The position numbers and the translations under genes are program-made. Positions 28,291-41,680 of a stretch of DNA of 64,000 nt are shown here, piece by piece. The DNA is from Eledone cirrhosa (lineage: Eukaryota): contig OZ024743.1 in the NCBI GenBank assembly GCA_964016885.1, positions 75,702,001 to 75,766,000 of the forward strand. Direction: 5' to 3'. The first letter of the stretch is position 1; each line of letters starts with the position of its first letter. A model generated the notes under the pieces. That model was not told the DNA's origin and did no database searches. It worked only from the letters and a program-made list of their open reading frames with translations.

Positions 28291-28611
28291 TTATAAAATC
28301 TCAGAAATAGAGTTTTTAATTTTGGGATTATTTCATTTGACATTTTATTTTCAAGATGTCTTTGTTTTTATCTATTTTGTGTATGAGTGTAAATGTCTGA
28401 CGTCAGAACAAGTATCCTCCACCTGGCTGACAGGATGGAGGAACCATTGCCCGGAGGACGGCGAGGGAAACACGCTGGAACAACCACTCCACCTCGCGGG
28501 GCTCCCACCTGCCGATACCACCAATTAAAGTATCTCGTAGAAATAAAACATAACATTTAGGGGAAAGAAATAAAAACAAAGGTTCAGCTTAAACTTCGAT
28601 AAAATTTAACA

Positions 28612-28699
28612 TGAGCGACCTTTGGTTTCGAGGTCCAGTTGTGGCCATCACTGCAGAGTGGTGGAGCTTCTTCAAAACTGGTCTCACATCAGGCGTTCA
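28612..28699 (-). ncRNA. Degenerate hammerhead motif (A9>U)
   Basis: GC-CTGATGT-GAG.CCAGTT...AACTGG..CTC-GAAA-CCAAAGG-T-C-GC. Confidence 0.45.
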
Positions 28700-28908
28700 G
28701 ACAAAAATGTGTGTATGTGTGTGTGTATGTATGTGTGTGTGTGTGTATATGTGTGCATACAAACACACACGCTATATATATTATATTCGTAGATATATTT
28801 ATATACATAAGTGCGGAGAACAATTTCTCTTTCAAAGGCATATGCTTATACACACACACACAAGCCCCCCCCCCATATATATATGGTGTGTGTGTGCATA
28901 TATATATG

Positions 28909-28958
<50 letters not shown>

Positions 28959-29085
28959 TTACGGGGTCGATAAATAATACACTGGGTAATTGCTGGCCTT
29001 GTGCCAAAAGTAGAAACAAGTATTTCATAATATATATATATATATACGCATATACACAACATGTACACGGTTTAAAATTCATACA

Positions 29086-29147
<62 letters not shown>

Positions 29148-29190
29148 TGTGTGTATATGTATATATATATATATATATATATGCTGTATG

Positions 29191-29251
<61 letters not shown>

Positions 29252-30216
29252 TGTGTGTATATGTATATATATATATATATATATATAGTATGCATGAATT
29301 GTAAACTGTGTACATGTTGTGTATATGCGTGTAGGTGTGTATGCGTGTGTGTGTAGATATGTGTATATGTATGAGTGTATGTATGAGTGTGTGTGTGTAT
29401 GTGTATGTGTATATGTGTGTGAGTGTGTGAGTGCGTGTGTGAGTGAATGTGTGAACGTGTGTGTGTGTATATATGTGTGTGTAGATGTGTGTGTGTGTGA
29501 GTGTGTGTGTATGCATGAGTGTGTGTGTGTATGTGTGTGTGTATATGTGTGTGTATGTATGAGTGTGTGTGTGTATGTGTGTGTGTATATATATATGTGT
29601 GAGTGTGTGTGTGTGTATGTATGAGTGTGTGTGTGTGTGTGTGTATATGTGTGTGTGTATGAGTGTGTTTGTGTAGATATGTGTGTATGCATGAGTGTTG
29701 TTTTAATATTACTGTTCCTACCTTGATAATGATGTGAAATCTGGTGCAAACATGTCAGGCTAGATATATCAATAGTATTGTTAAACACAGAACCACACTT
29801 GAATACCGACATTGGCTTAGGCACTCTCTCATACCATCAGTTATACATGGATATATATATATATACACACACACACATATATATATATACACATATATAG
29901 ACTCTCTCATACCATCAGTTATACGACATACACATGGATATATATATATATACACACACACACATATATATATACACACACATATATATATATACACTCT
30001 CTTATACCATCAGTTATACCACATACACATGGATATATATATACACACACACACATATATATACACACACATATATATATACACTCTCTTATACCATCAG
30101 TTATACCACATACACATGGATATATATATATATACACACACACATATATATATATATACACATATATATAGACACTTTCTCATACCATCAGTTATACGAC
30201 ACACACATGGATATAT

Positions 30217-30269
<53 letters not shown>

Positions 30270-30403
30270 TAGACTCTCTCATACCATCAGTTATACGACA
30301 TACACATGGATATATATATATATATACACACACACATATATATATATACACACACATATATATATACACGCTCTTATACCATCAGTTATACGACATACAC
30401 ATG

Positions 30404-30439
<36 letters not shown>

Positions 30440-30724
30440 TATATATATACACACATATATATACACTCTCTCATACCATTAATTTTTACGACACACACAT
30501 GGATATATGTATATATATATACACACACACACATATATATATACACACATATATATACACTCTCTCATACCATTAATTTTTACGAGACACACATGGATAT
30601 ATATATATATATATACACACACATATATATATAATAACTTTGAATAATAACTTTGAAATGTTTTGGCCAGTATTGGCCCAGGCCATGTCTAACTTAATAG
30701 CACCACCTGGCGAAGTCTTTCAAT

Positions 30725-33700
30725 TCAGGATTTGGGCACCATGGCCCATTCGAGAAGAGAATTACTGTTTGCGGAGACATATCCGGGTGTGGGTGGTTTG
30801 TCCGGGATTACTTGGAGGAATTTGTCCAAAGACTTCTTGAATTTTGTGTGGTCAGTTTCTGTTTTGACGTGTCCTGGTGTGATGTTGAAGAGAGCAGGGC
30901 CGATTGAGGTGAAATAATTGTGCCGTATTGTTGTTATGAGTTGCGATTTAGATTTTTGAATGGGACGGATAGCACGGGGCCCAAGCCTTGGGTGTATCTT
31001 GAAGGCGATGCCAACATCATTTGGGCAGTGATGATGGAACATTTTCCACATCATGCAGATAATATAACGCTCACGGCGACGTTGGAGTGAGTAAAGTTTC
31101 AGGTTTTCCAATCGACCCCAGTAGTCAAGGTCTGACATGCCATCTATCTTTTTCGTGATTGCCCTTTGAGGAGCTTCAAGTTTCATGATACTTTGTTTCG
31201 TGTGGGGAGACCACAGTGGACAACAGTATTCAAGGTGTGGTCGGGCGAAAGTAGAGAAGAGAAGGATAATGGTGCGGGAATCTCTCGACTGGAAGGTTCT
31301 GAGGATCCAGGAACACATTCTGCGGGCCATGTCAACTTTGCTGCTTATATGCGTGGTCCAGCTTATGTTGCTGTCCACGGTTACTCCCAAGTCTCTGATG
31401 TTGTTAGATGCCACGAGAGTTTCCCCGGAGGGAAGGGAGTACGGGAGTTTCAGAGCATCCTCTTTTCCAAAGTGGATCAGTTCGAATTTATCTTCGTTCA
31501 GTAACATGTTGTTCTTTTCTGCCCATTGGGTAACAGCCAGTAGGTCTGACTGAAGGCTTATCCGGTCATCCACGCCATTGATGACCTTTTGGAGCTTGGA
31601 ATCATCAGCGAAAATTTTAATGTTGCTGTGTTTGATGATGTCAGTGATGTCATTAATATAGATGATGAAGAGAAGTGGGCCCAACACAGTGCCTTGTGGG
31701 ACTCCACTACTGACTTTGGCTGGGCTTGATTTGACTCCCTCAACTACAACATGTTGGGTTCTGTTTGACAGGAAGCTCTTGATCCACTGCAGCAGCTTTC
31801 CAGTGACACCAATATTGGACAGCTTTCTCAGTAGAATGTTATGATCAACCCTGTCAAAGGCCTTGCTGAAATCAAGGTAGATAACATCAGTGTTGGAACC
31901 CTCTCCCAAGGCTCTCAAAATGTCATCAAAGTGATGCAGTAGTTGCGTCAGGCAATCCCTTCCATTACGGAATCCATGCTGGTTGGAGTTCAGCATATTG
32001 TTACTCTCAAGGAAGTGGGTCATTCGCGATCTCACCACTCGCTCAAATACCTTAATGATATGAGAGGTGAGTGAGATTGGACGGTAATTCACGGCAAGGG
32101 ATTTGTTTCCCTTTTTGAAAACTGGGACAACAGACTGGGATAGAAGGTTTTCTGGCACATATCCAGCATCCAGTGAGTTCCGCCACAGATTGGCAAGAGG
32201 AGAAGCAAGTTGGTGTTGACACGCCTTCAAGACACAAGCAGGGAACCTATCGGGACCTACTGCTGAATTATGCTTGATTTCCTTTATTGCCGCCAAGACA
32301 TCAGGGGCGCCAAACGTTATGTCCGATAAGGTGTAATGGGGAGTAACATCGCCGATACAGCCCAGATCGGCCATATCAGGATTGCTGAAAACAGAGCAGT
32401 ATTGTTTCTGCAGTATCTCACCCATGGTTTTAGCATTGTCTTGAAGAGTGCCATTTTCATCAATTAGAGGGCCAACAGTAGAGCCAGTGATTTTGTGTTT
32501 TTTTGCAAATGAAAAGAACACTTTGGGATTGAGTTTGATCTTCTCAATGGCCCAGGCCTCTTCAGCTCTTCTCTGATTGTTGATGAGGGACATTATGTTG
32601 TTTTGGAGGTTATGTTTTTTAATCTCTAGTGATGAAATGGCAGTCAAGTTGATGTGTTGCTGCTGACAGTATTTCAGCTTGTTGATTTTTTTGTTCGTTC
32701 TCTTAATTTTTCTGATGAGTGTTTTTCTATTTCTAGGGATTCTGCTCTTAGATTTGTTTATAGTTCTTAATGGGGTGTGTTTAGCACATATGTTTGTAAC
32801 AGTGTCCACAAATGTCTGCCAGGACTTTTTGATGTTAGTGGGTGTATGAGTGTGCGTGAAGGACCAGTCGACATGTGCAAGATCATGACTGATCGCTTCC
32901 CAGTTTGCATTGTGGAAATCCATAGCGTCAAACGGATGGACAGGAGAAATGACATTGGGTTTGTATATTGGACGGTGGAAACTCAGATCACAGAGAACCA
33001 TGTCATGATCAGAGAGTAGAGTTTTCTCCACTGCAATATTGTGGATATTGTCAGTGTGATTGCTGAAAATTAAGTCTAGGACGTTTTTGTGGCACCTCGT
33101 TGGTTCGAGCACTAGTTGGGATAGGAAGAAATCATCCATGAAGTCAAGAAGCGATTCCACAGCTTCCCTGTCAGAGGTTGAGGCAGAAGAACCTGGTGGC
33201 AGGGTGTTTGTGGACCAGTCAACTCCGGGGAGGTTGAAGTCCCCCATCATCAAGATGTTGTCAGGGTGACACTCTTGGATGAAACACTTTATGCTGTTGA
33301 GGCATTCCTTGAAGCATGGTACAGGCGTTTGGGGTGGCCTATAGAGCCCAACTACTAATAGGTTGTTGGTTTGACTGAATACAGTGACTGCCTCACAGTA
33401 TCCATTAGTGAATATGTTCATAGCCTCTGTTGAGAAAGAATTATGGACATAAATGGCAGTTCCGCCCTTTCTTCTGCCAGCGCGATCAGCACGGATGGCT
33501 TTGAAATTTTTCACTTTCACCTCGGCTTCCAAGTGGAGGTTACTGAGATGGGTTTCAGTGAGGACGAAGAAAGGGATGTGGTTTGGATGGACATCAATCC
33601 AGTCCTCCAGGAATTTGATCTTCCATTTTTGAGTATTGGTGGAAGGGCTGATGCCTTGGGCGTTAAGCAAAAATGTAGAGGCGAGAGTGGATGGTTTTAA

Positions 33701-33745
33701 TTGTTTTGGTGTGTTGTTAATTTGTTTGTTTGTTAATGGCAGCAA
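30725..33745 (-). CDS. LINE ORF2: APE endonuclease plus reverse transcriptase
   Basis: 1006-aa uninterrupted frame with NAQG, LTETHL, LYRPP, MGDFNLP, LDLIFSN and LSDH (APE), and YLDFSKAFDRVDH, SGVPQGTVLGPLLF and FADDSK (RT). Confidence 0.95.
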   Translation of the reverse strand: MLPLTNKQINNTPKQLKPSTLASTFLLNAQGISPSTNTQKWKIKFLEDWIDVHPNHIPFFVLTETHLSNLHLEAEVKVKNFKAIRADRAGRRKGGTAIYVHNSFSTEAMNIFTNGYCEAVTVFSQTNNLLVVGLYRPPQTPVPCFKECLNSIKCFIQECHPDNILMMGDFNLPGVDWSTNTLPPGSSASTSDREAVESLLDFMDDFFLSQLVLEPTRCHKNVLDLIFSNHTDNIHNIAVEKTLLSDHDMVLCDLSFHRPIYKPNVISPVHPFDAMDFHNANWEAISHDLAHVDWSFTHTHTPTNIKKSWQTFVDTVTNICAKHTPLRTINKSKSRIPRNRKTLIRKIKRTNKKINKLKYCQQQHINLTAISSLEIKKHNLQNNIMSLINNQRRAEEAWAIEKIKLNPKVFFSFAKKHKITGSTVGPLIDENGTLQDNAKTMGEILQKQYCSVFSNPDMADLGCIGDVTPHYTLSDITFGAPDVLAAIKEIKHNSAVGPDRFPACVLKACQHQLASPLANLWRNSLDAGYVPENLLSQSVVPVFKKGNKSLAVNYRPISLTSHIIKVFERVVRSRMTHFLESNNMLNSNQHGFRNGRDCLTQLLHHFDDILRALGEGSNTDVIYLDFSKAFDRVDHNILLRKLSNIGVTGKLLQWIKSFLSNRTQHVVVEGVKSSPAKVSSGVPQGTVLGPLLFIIYINDITDIIKHSNIKIFADDSKLQKVINGVDDRISLQSDLLAVTQWAEKNNMLLNEDKFELIHFGKEDALKLPYSLPSGETLVASNNIRDLGVTVDSNISWTTHISSKVDMARRMCSWILRTFQSRDSRTIILLFSTFARPHLEYCCPLWSPHTKQSIMKLEAPQRAITKKIDGMSDLDYWGRLENLKLYSLQRRRERYIICMMWKMFHHHCPNDVGIAFKIHPRLGPRAIRPIQKSKSQLITTIRHNYFTSIGPALFNITPGHVKTETDHTKFKKSLDKFLQVIPDKPPTPGYVSANSNSLLEWAMVPKS

Positions 33746-34110
33746 TGGGAGTTTGTGCAGTGGGGTGATAGTGGAGGGTGGTGCTGGGTGATAGCTCGAA
33801 TGTTTTTTTCCAGTTCTTTTGCCAGATTCATTATGGCTAAAAAAGAGGAAGAAGTTTCCTGTTTAGAAGACTGTTGGTGACTGTGGTAGTGGTTATTTTT
33901 ATGTAGGTTATGGTTTTTGTTTTTGCTTTTATTTTTAATTTTATTTTCATTTATCCGACGGGTCCCCGGGAGATGGGTAAAGGGACAATCCCGGTCTAAA
34001 CACAATCTGTCTCGCAGGGAAAAACGGCAGATTTGTGGATTCCTTGTTTGAGTTATTGGTGGTTGTGTTGGTGTTAAATTAGAGTATGTATTATGGTGGT
34101 GGCTGTTTGT
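33733..34110 (-). pseudogene. LINE ORF1 C-terminal remnant with a CCCH zinc finger
   Basis: ICRFSLRDRLCLDRDCPFTHLPGTRR (C-x8-C-x4-C-x3-H); its stop overlaps the start of the ORF2 frame. Confidence 0.7.
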
Positions 34111-34375
34111 ATACACACACATATATATACACACACATATATATATACACACACATATATATATACACACACATATATATATACACACACATATATATAC
34201 ACACACATATATATATACACACACATATATATATACACACACATATATATATACACTCTCTCATACCATCAGTTATACGACATACACATGGATATATATA
34301 TATATATACACACACATATATATATACACACATATATATAGACACTCTCTCATACCATCAGTTATACGACACACA

Positions 34376-34439
<64 letters not shown>

Positions 34440-34534
34440 TATATACACACACATATATATATACACACATATATATACACACACACATATATATATACAC
34501 TCTCTCATACCATTAATTTTTACGACACACACAT

Positions 34535-34589
<55 letters not shown>

Positions 34590-34939
34590 CACACACACAT
34601 ATATATATACACACACATATATATATACACACACATATATATATATACACACATATATATATATACACTCTCTCATACCATCAGTTATACGACATACACA
34701 TGGATATATATATGTATACACACACATATATATATACACACATATATATAGACACTCTCTCATACCATCAGTTATACGACATACACATGGATATATATAT
34801 ATATACACACACATATATATACACACACATATATATATACACACACACATATATATATACACACACACACATATATATACACACACATATATATATACAC
34901 ACACATATATAGACACTCTCTCATACCATCAGTTATACG

Positions 34940-34990
<51 letters not shown>

Positions 34991-35526
34991 TAGACTATCT
35001 CAAACCATCAGTTATACGACATACACATGGATATATATATATACACACACATTTATATATATATATACACACACATATAGACACTCTCATACCATCAGTT
35101 ATACGACATACACATGGATATATATATATATATATATATACGTGCATACACACACATATACATACATACTTACACCCATACATAAATACACACACACACA
35201 CACATGGACATATATATATATACATACGTACATACAAACATACTTATACACATACATATACACTCACACACACATATATATATACACACACACATGGACA
35301 TATATATATATATACATATATACATACGTACATACTTACACACATACATACACACACACATGGACATATATATATACATATATACATATATACATACGTA
35401 CATACATACACACATACATACATACACACACATACACACACATATATATATATATATACACATACATGAAACATATATATATATATATATTCATATATAC
35501 ATACGTACATAGATATTTACACACAT

Positions 35527-35593
<67 letters not shown>

Positions 35594-35634
35594 CGATATT
35601 AAATAAATGGAAACTATATTTATAAAACCATATT

Positions 35635-35700
35635 TATTTCATTATACATATTTCAGGGATATCATATTAAAAGTATGGTATGCCTTCATCAGACAAAATA
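35635..35700 (-). ncRNA. Hammerhead motif, family 3
   Basis: TATTTTGT-CTGATGA-AGG..CCT-GAAA-TATGTA-T-A-ATGAAATA. Confidence 0.7.
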
Positions 35701-35796
35701 CAATATAAACAGTCTTATAAATAGATAGATTTGACATACCTTACAACTTCAACTTCCATTTAAAAAGTTGATTTGGTATATATATATATATATATA

Positions 35797-36578
35797 CAGT
35801 CTATCCCCGACATTCGCGGAATTTACCAGAGACACCTAACTAATAATTGTTCGTGGAAATCGTAAATATCACCCGCGATGATATTTACGTGACAATATAT
35901 ATATTTTTAACTCTAAATTTTTAATAACAATATATAGGCAAATTTCCTTTATAACGAATACCATTATAACGAATTTTTCAGGATAACGAAATTTTTTTAT
36001 ACCCTGTGAATTTTGTTATAACGGAATATACCGGTCGCTCTCCGATAGATTTGCGGTTGTACCCTTGGCAGTGGAGACTTCTGGTGTCCTCAGCCCTAGG
36101 GCTACCTCCCTACTCATCACCATAGGCGCTGAGATGGCCAGCCGCAGGTGTGTGCCTCGCGAGCTGGAATGGCTTTTCCAGCGCGTCTCCCTTGCCGTCC
36201 CCCGGGGAAACGCCTTCTCCATTATGTCTCCTGGGGCTGTGGGGAGGCCACCGATATGATTGACTGACTTGTCATTTTATCAGTCATGTGTTTAGACAGC
36301 CAAAGGGTCTGTGACTTCAGACTGTGGTTGAAATTACAGACAAAAGTAAGGAAAGAAAAAAAAAAAAAATTCACTGTATATTGTTATTAATAATTTAGCG
36401 TATCGTATTTGTCGGCATATTGGACGCTCCTTCGCATAAGACGCTCACTCATTTTTTATTATATTTTACGTTGTGTTTTGACGTTTATAGGCATTTTATG
36501 GAACACGTCAACTATTCGCGTTTTCTCACCCTTAGGGTGCTCTAGAAACTTACCCCCCGCGATACCGGGGGACAACTG
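35797..36578. mobile_element. Tigger/pogo-like MITE with nested inserts (small MITE remnant, CRE fragment)
   Basis: Imperfect TIRs CAGTCTATCCCCGACATTCGCG / CGCGATACCGGGGGACAACTG with TA flanks. Confidence 0.6.
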
Positions 36579-36646
36579 TATATATATATATATATATATA
36601 TATAAACATAGATGCATTAACTGTTTGATTTTTTTTGTATTATTAT

Positions 36647-36709
<63 letters not shown>

Positions 36710-36711
<2 letters not shown>

Positions 36712-36811
36712 CGAAGGAAAAGTGGTAAGGAACCAGATGGACCATAACGCACCAGTATTGTACTCAATACTTAGGGTAGTAGAGTGGGTAATAGGAACGA
36801 GTAGGACCCCG
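36710..36811 (-). mobile_element. Stump of hammerhead family 8 between (TA)n tracts
   Basis: Matches 45170-45268 and stops at GACCCCG. Confidence 0.75.
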
Positions 36812-36859
36812 TATATATATAACCCCAACAATTATTTATAGTGATCGACTATTATTGCT

Positions 36860-37350
36860 ATGGTCATTTGTGTTCGGTAGAGCATCGGACAATGTTTTAT
36901 GGCATAGTGGTACATCCATTTACGGTCTGAGTTCAAATCCCGCCGAGGTTAACTTTTCCTTTCACCCTTACGGGGTCGATAACATAAAGTACCAGTAATA
37001 CAATGAGGTATTTACTGGCCTTGTGCCAAAAGTAGAAACAATTATTACATATCTTAACTGTTTCTCACTTCTAGAGCAAGTTAACCAGATATCATCTGAT
37101 GTTGTTTGGTTTGACTTTTCGCTTCCTTCGGTCACATGTTCACCGACATCCAGAGTTGACATTGCACTCAGTGCTCCTTTGGGAGCCCCTACATGGACAC
37201 ACTGGAAGAGGAAGACCAAGGTTAACATATGTTGATGCCCTAAGGACAGACACTGGTCTGTTGGAGATGCAGGACATGGCAGCGATAATGAGGGACAGAG
37301 ACTGCTGGAGAGAACTCGTCCATGGATCTCTGGAATTTTACCCGCCTTAG
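36860..37350 (+). mobile_element. SINE (36860-37045) followed by an RTE 3' fragment
   Basis: [24 protein letters not shown]...MRDRDCWR. Confidence 0.8.
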
Positions 37351-37370
37351 ATATATATATATATATACAT

Positions 37371-37448
<78 letters not shown>

Positions 37449-37450
37449 AT

Positions 37451-37522
<72 letters not shown>

Positions 37523-37750
37523 ATACACACACACACACGCACATATATATATATATATATGTACATACACACGCACACATATATATATACACACGCATAT
37601 ATATATGTATGTGTGTAGATATATATTTTATATAAACATATTTAAATATATATATATATGTGTGTATATGTATATGTGTATATATATATATGTATATATA
37701 TATATGTACATATTTAAATATATATATATATGTGTGTATATGTATGTGTG

Positions 37751-37782
<32 letters not shown>

Positions 37783-37900
37783 TGTGTGTGTGTATGTGTG
37801 TATAAGTGTATGTGTATGTGTGTGTATGTGTGTGTATGTGTGTGTATGTGTGTGTGTATATATACTGATAAATTAATACAAATACATATACATATAATAG

Positions 37901-37942
<42 letters not shown>

Positions 37943-38770
37943 GCATATGTATATAAACACACACAGACAGACACACGCACACGCGTTCCTATATATAGGA
38001 ATGCACCCAACTGTATACAATAGAAATGTATATCAGATTCTTTCGCTATTGTGTATATATGTGTATATATGTGTATATATGTGTATATATACATGTATAT
38101 ATGTGTATATATGTGTATATATGTCTCTATATACGTGTATATATGTGTATATATGTATATATATATATGTATATATGTGTATATATGTGTATATATGTGT
38201 ATATATACATGTATATATGTGTATATATGTGTATATATGTCTCTATATATGTGTATATATGTGTATATATGTATATATATATGTATATATGTCTCTATAT
38301 ATATAGGTGTATATATGTCTCTATATATATGTGTATATATGTCTCTCTATATATGTGTATATATGTCTCTATATATGTGTATATATGTGTATATATGTAT
38401 ATATATATGTATATATGTCTCTATATATATAGGTGTATATATGTCTCTATATATATGTGCATATATGTCTCTCTATATATGTGTATATATGTCTCTATAT
38501 ATGTGTATATATGTGTTTGTTTAGAACGTCTATTTATATACATGTATTTAGTGTCTTATAAGTATGATGACTGTGTGTGTGTTCATATCTGTGTATGTGT
38601 GTGTGTGTATATGTGTGTGTTTATTTTAGTACGTGTGTGCATGTATGTATGTGTGTATGTGTGTATATGTGTGTATGTATGTGTGTCTATATGTGTATGT
38701 GTACTTATACCTGTTATTAGTTTTGGGGTGATTTCTAAGTATATATGCGGGTATATTTATGTGTGTGTGT

Positions 38771-38838
<68 letters not shown>

Positions 38839-38927
38839 AATTAAGCCTAATTAAAGATCGTTTGTGCAACGGAAATTAATTGAAAAATATTTAAAGCACT
38901 GAGATAACTGAAGCATGTGCGTGCATA

Positions 38928-39047
38928 TGTCATCACCATCACCATCATCATGATGATCATCATCACCATCATCACCATCACCATCATCACCATCAGCAAC
39001 ATCCTCATCATCATCACAATCATCATCGTCACCATCATCACCATCAC

Positions 39048-39083
<36 letters not shown>

Positions 39084-39225
39084 TACCATCATCATCATCA
39101 CCATCATCACCATCATCACCATCACCATTATCATCATTGTCATCATCATCATCACCACCATAACCATCATCATCAGTAGCATGGTTATGTACATAATATT
39201 GACCACAACCTTCATCATCACCACC
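38928..39225 (+). repeat. (CAT/CAC)n microsatellite
   Basis: Direct reading. Confidence 0.9.
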
Positions 39226-39555
39226 GCAATCCTAGGCAGGGTGGGTGCTGGGTCCCCTCATACACAACACACAGCAACCCCCCAGTTTTACATATCAAGG
39301 TTAGTTTGGTGTAAGTAATTGGAATTTAAAAGTTATACGTACAGGTATTAAATTTAAAAAAACGTTCTAACCATCCTAAAACTAAAAAGCGCAGCTGAGG
39401 GCACAATTAAATTGCTACGGCTGTCGCTGGTGGGGCCCCCACTGCAGAGAGCCCGGGGCGACTGCCCTTTTTGATTCAATTAAATCCGACCCTGATGACG
39501 GGTAATGTTTAAAGTGCTGTAGCGGCCCGCATCTTCAACCTGGAAAAAAGAAAGA

Positions 39556-40720
39556 AAAATATTTAGTATATCAACTTATTATAACCACATTAACCATATT
39601 AACTAAAATATTTAGTATATCAACTTATTATAACCACATTAACCATATTAACTAAAATATTTAGTATATCAACTTATTATAACCACATTAACCATATTAA
39701 CTAAAATATTTAGTATATCAACTTATTATAACCACATTAACCATATTAACTAAAATATTTAGTATATCAACTTATTATAAGCACATTAACCATATTAACT
39801 AAAATATTTAGTATATCAACTTATTATAACCACATTAACCATATTAACTAAAATATTTAGTATATCAACTTATTATAAGCACATTAACCATATTAACTAA
39901 AATATTTAGTATATCAACTTATTATAAGCACATTAACCATATTAACTAAAATATTTAGTATATCAACTTATTATTATAACCACATTAACCATATTAACTA
40001 AAATATTTAGTATATCAACTTATTATAACCACATTAACCATATTAAAAAAATATTTAGTATATCAACTTATTATAAGCACATTAACCATATTAACTAAAA
40101 TATTTAATATATCAACTTATTATAAGCACATTAACCATATTAACTAAAATATTTAGTATATCAACTTATTATAAGCACATTAACCATATTAACTAAAATA
40201 TTTAGTATATCAACTTATTATAACCACATTAACCATATTAACTAAAATATTTAGTATATCAACTTATTATAAGCACATTAACCATATTAACTAAAATATT
40301 TAGTATATCAACTTATTATAAGCACATTAACCATATTAACTAAAATATTTAGTATATCAACTTATTATAAGCACATTAACTATATTAACTAAAATATTTA
40401 GTATATCAACTTATTATAAGCACATTAACCATATTAACTAAAATATTTAGTATATCAACTCATTATAAGCACATTAACCATATTAACTAAAATATTTAAT
40501 ATATCAACTTATTATAAGCACATTAACCATATTAACTAAAATATTTAGTAAATCAACTTATTATAAGCACATTAACCATATTAACTAAAATATTTAGTAT
40601 ATCAACTTATTATAAGCACATTAACCATATTAACTAAAATATTTAATATATCAACTTATTATAAGCACATTAACCATATTAACTAAAATATTTAATATAT
40701 CAACTTATTATAAGCACATC
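39556..40720 (+). repeat. 49-bp AT-rich tandem array, ~24 copies
   Basis: Unit AAAATATTTAGTATATCAACTTATTATAA(C/G)CACATTAACCATATTAACT. Confidence 0.97.
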
Positions 40721-41139
40721 AAGGCTGTATTAAAGTGACAGTTGTGGAGGTCAATGCGGAGGTCAATGCCTGAAAAGAAAAAGTATCAAAACATCTTGAG
40801 CGTACCATTATGATTTTGTTGTTTTATTATTCCTATTGTTGTTGTTTAGCTCCAGGTCACGTTGAAAGGTATTCTAGTTCTCACCCCCCACCCCCCACCC
40901 CTGTATTTACACAGGGCCATATTGCCAGTTTAACGTGACGGTTCGGTATGATTTGAGGGACATTTAACTATTATTTCTACTATTAATTGTTCATATATAT
41001 TTAAAAAAGCATTGCTATTGTTGTTATTGTTGATGTTGCCTCAAGTCCATTCCGATTAAATAGACCTATCACCATAAACATTATAGAAGTGGCCACCCTG
41101 TTCTTTAAGGGTGACATTAAAAAAAAAGCCCTTCTCAGT

Positions 41140-41680
41140 CAGGTTTGATCATGTATTACACCTGTAAAGTTCTTCACCAAGCTCATGGAAGTTATCCACC
41201 CATCTTGCTCTGGCTCTACTCCTGGCTAGTTTTGCCCGTAAAATCTGTCCAGCGATTCTTACCTGAGACATTCTAACCACATGCTCATAATATCGGAGCT
41301 GTGATCTCTCAATTCGGAGAAATAGCAGCTCTACCTGGAATGACTCCAGTGATTCTTTTCTGAGACATTCTAACCACATGCCCATAGTATTGGAGCTATG
41401 ATCTCTCAATTCAGAGAAGTATGGGATCTACCTGGTGTGACTCTCCAGTGATTCTTTCCTAAGACATTCTAACCACATGCTCATAGTATCGGAGCTGCGA
41501 TCTCTCAATTCGGAGAAGTAGCGGCTCTACCTGAAGTGACTCTCCAGTGATTCTTCCCCGAGACATTCTAACCATATGCCCATAGTATTGGAGCTGTGAT
41601 TTCTCAATTCGGAGAAGTCGTGGCTCTATCTGGAGTGACTCTCTGATCTCCGAGCTACCCACTTTATCAAGTAACGTTAC
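41140..41680 (-). mobile_element. RTE 3' fragment with an internal ~100-bp tandem amplification (~4 copies)
   Basis: ESLQVEPLLLRIERSQLRYYEHVVRMS is repeated. Confidence 0.8.

Larger units (their letters stand above)
30633..34110 (-). mobile_element. CR1/L2-group LINE, 5'-truncated within ORF1, ORF2 intact
   Basis: 3' tail is a duplicated TTCAAAGTTATT(A); contains ORF2 and an ORF1 remnant; sits inside a minisatellite. Confidence 0.88.
29820..35130 (+). repeat. Minisatellite with a constant core and variable (TA)/(CA) spacer, split by the LINE
   Basis: Core CTCTCTCATACCATCAGTTATACGACATACACATGGATAT recurs at 29820-30600 and 34255-35130. Confidence 0.9.
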
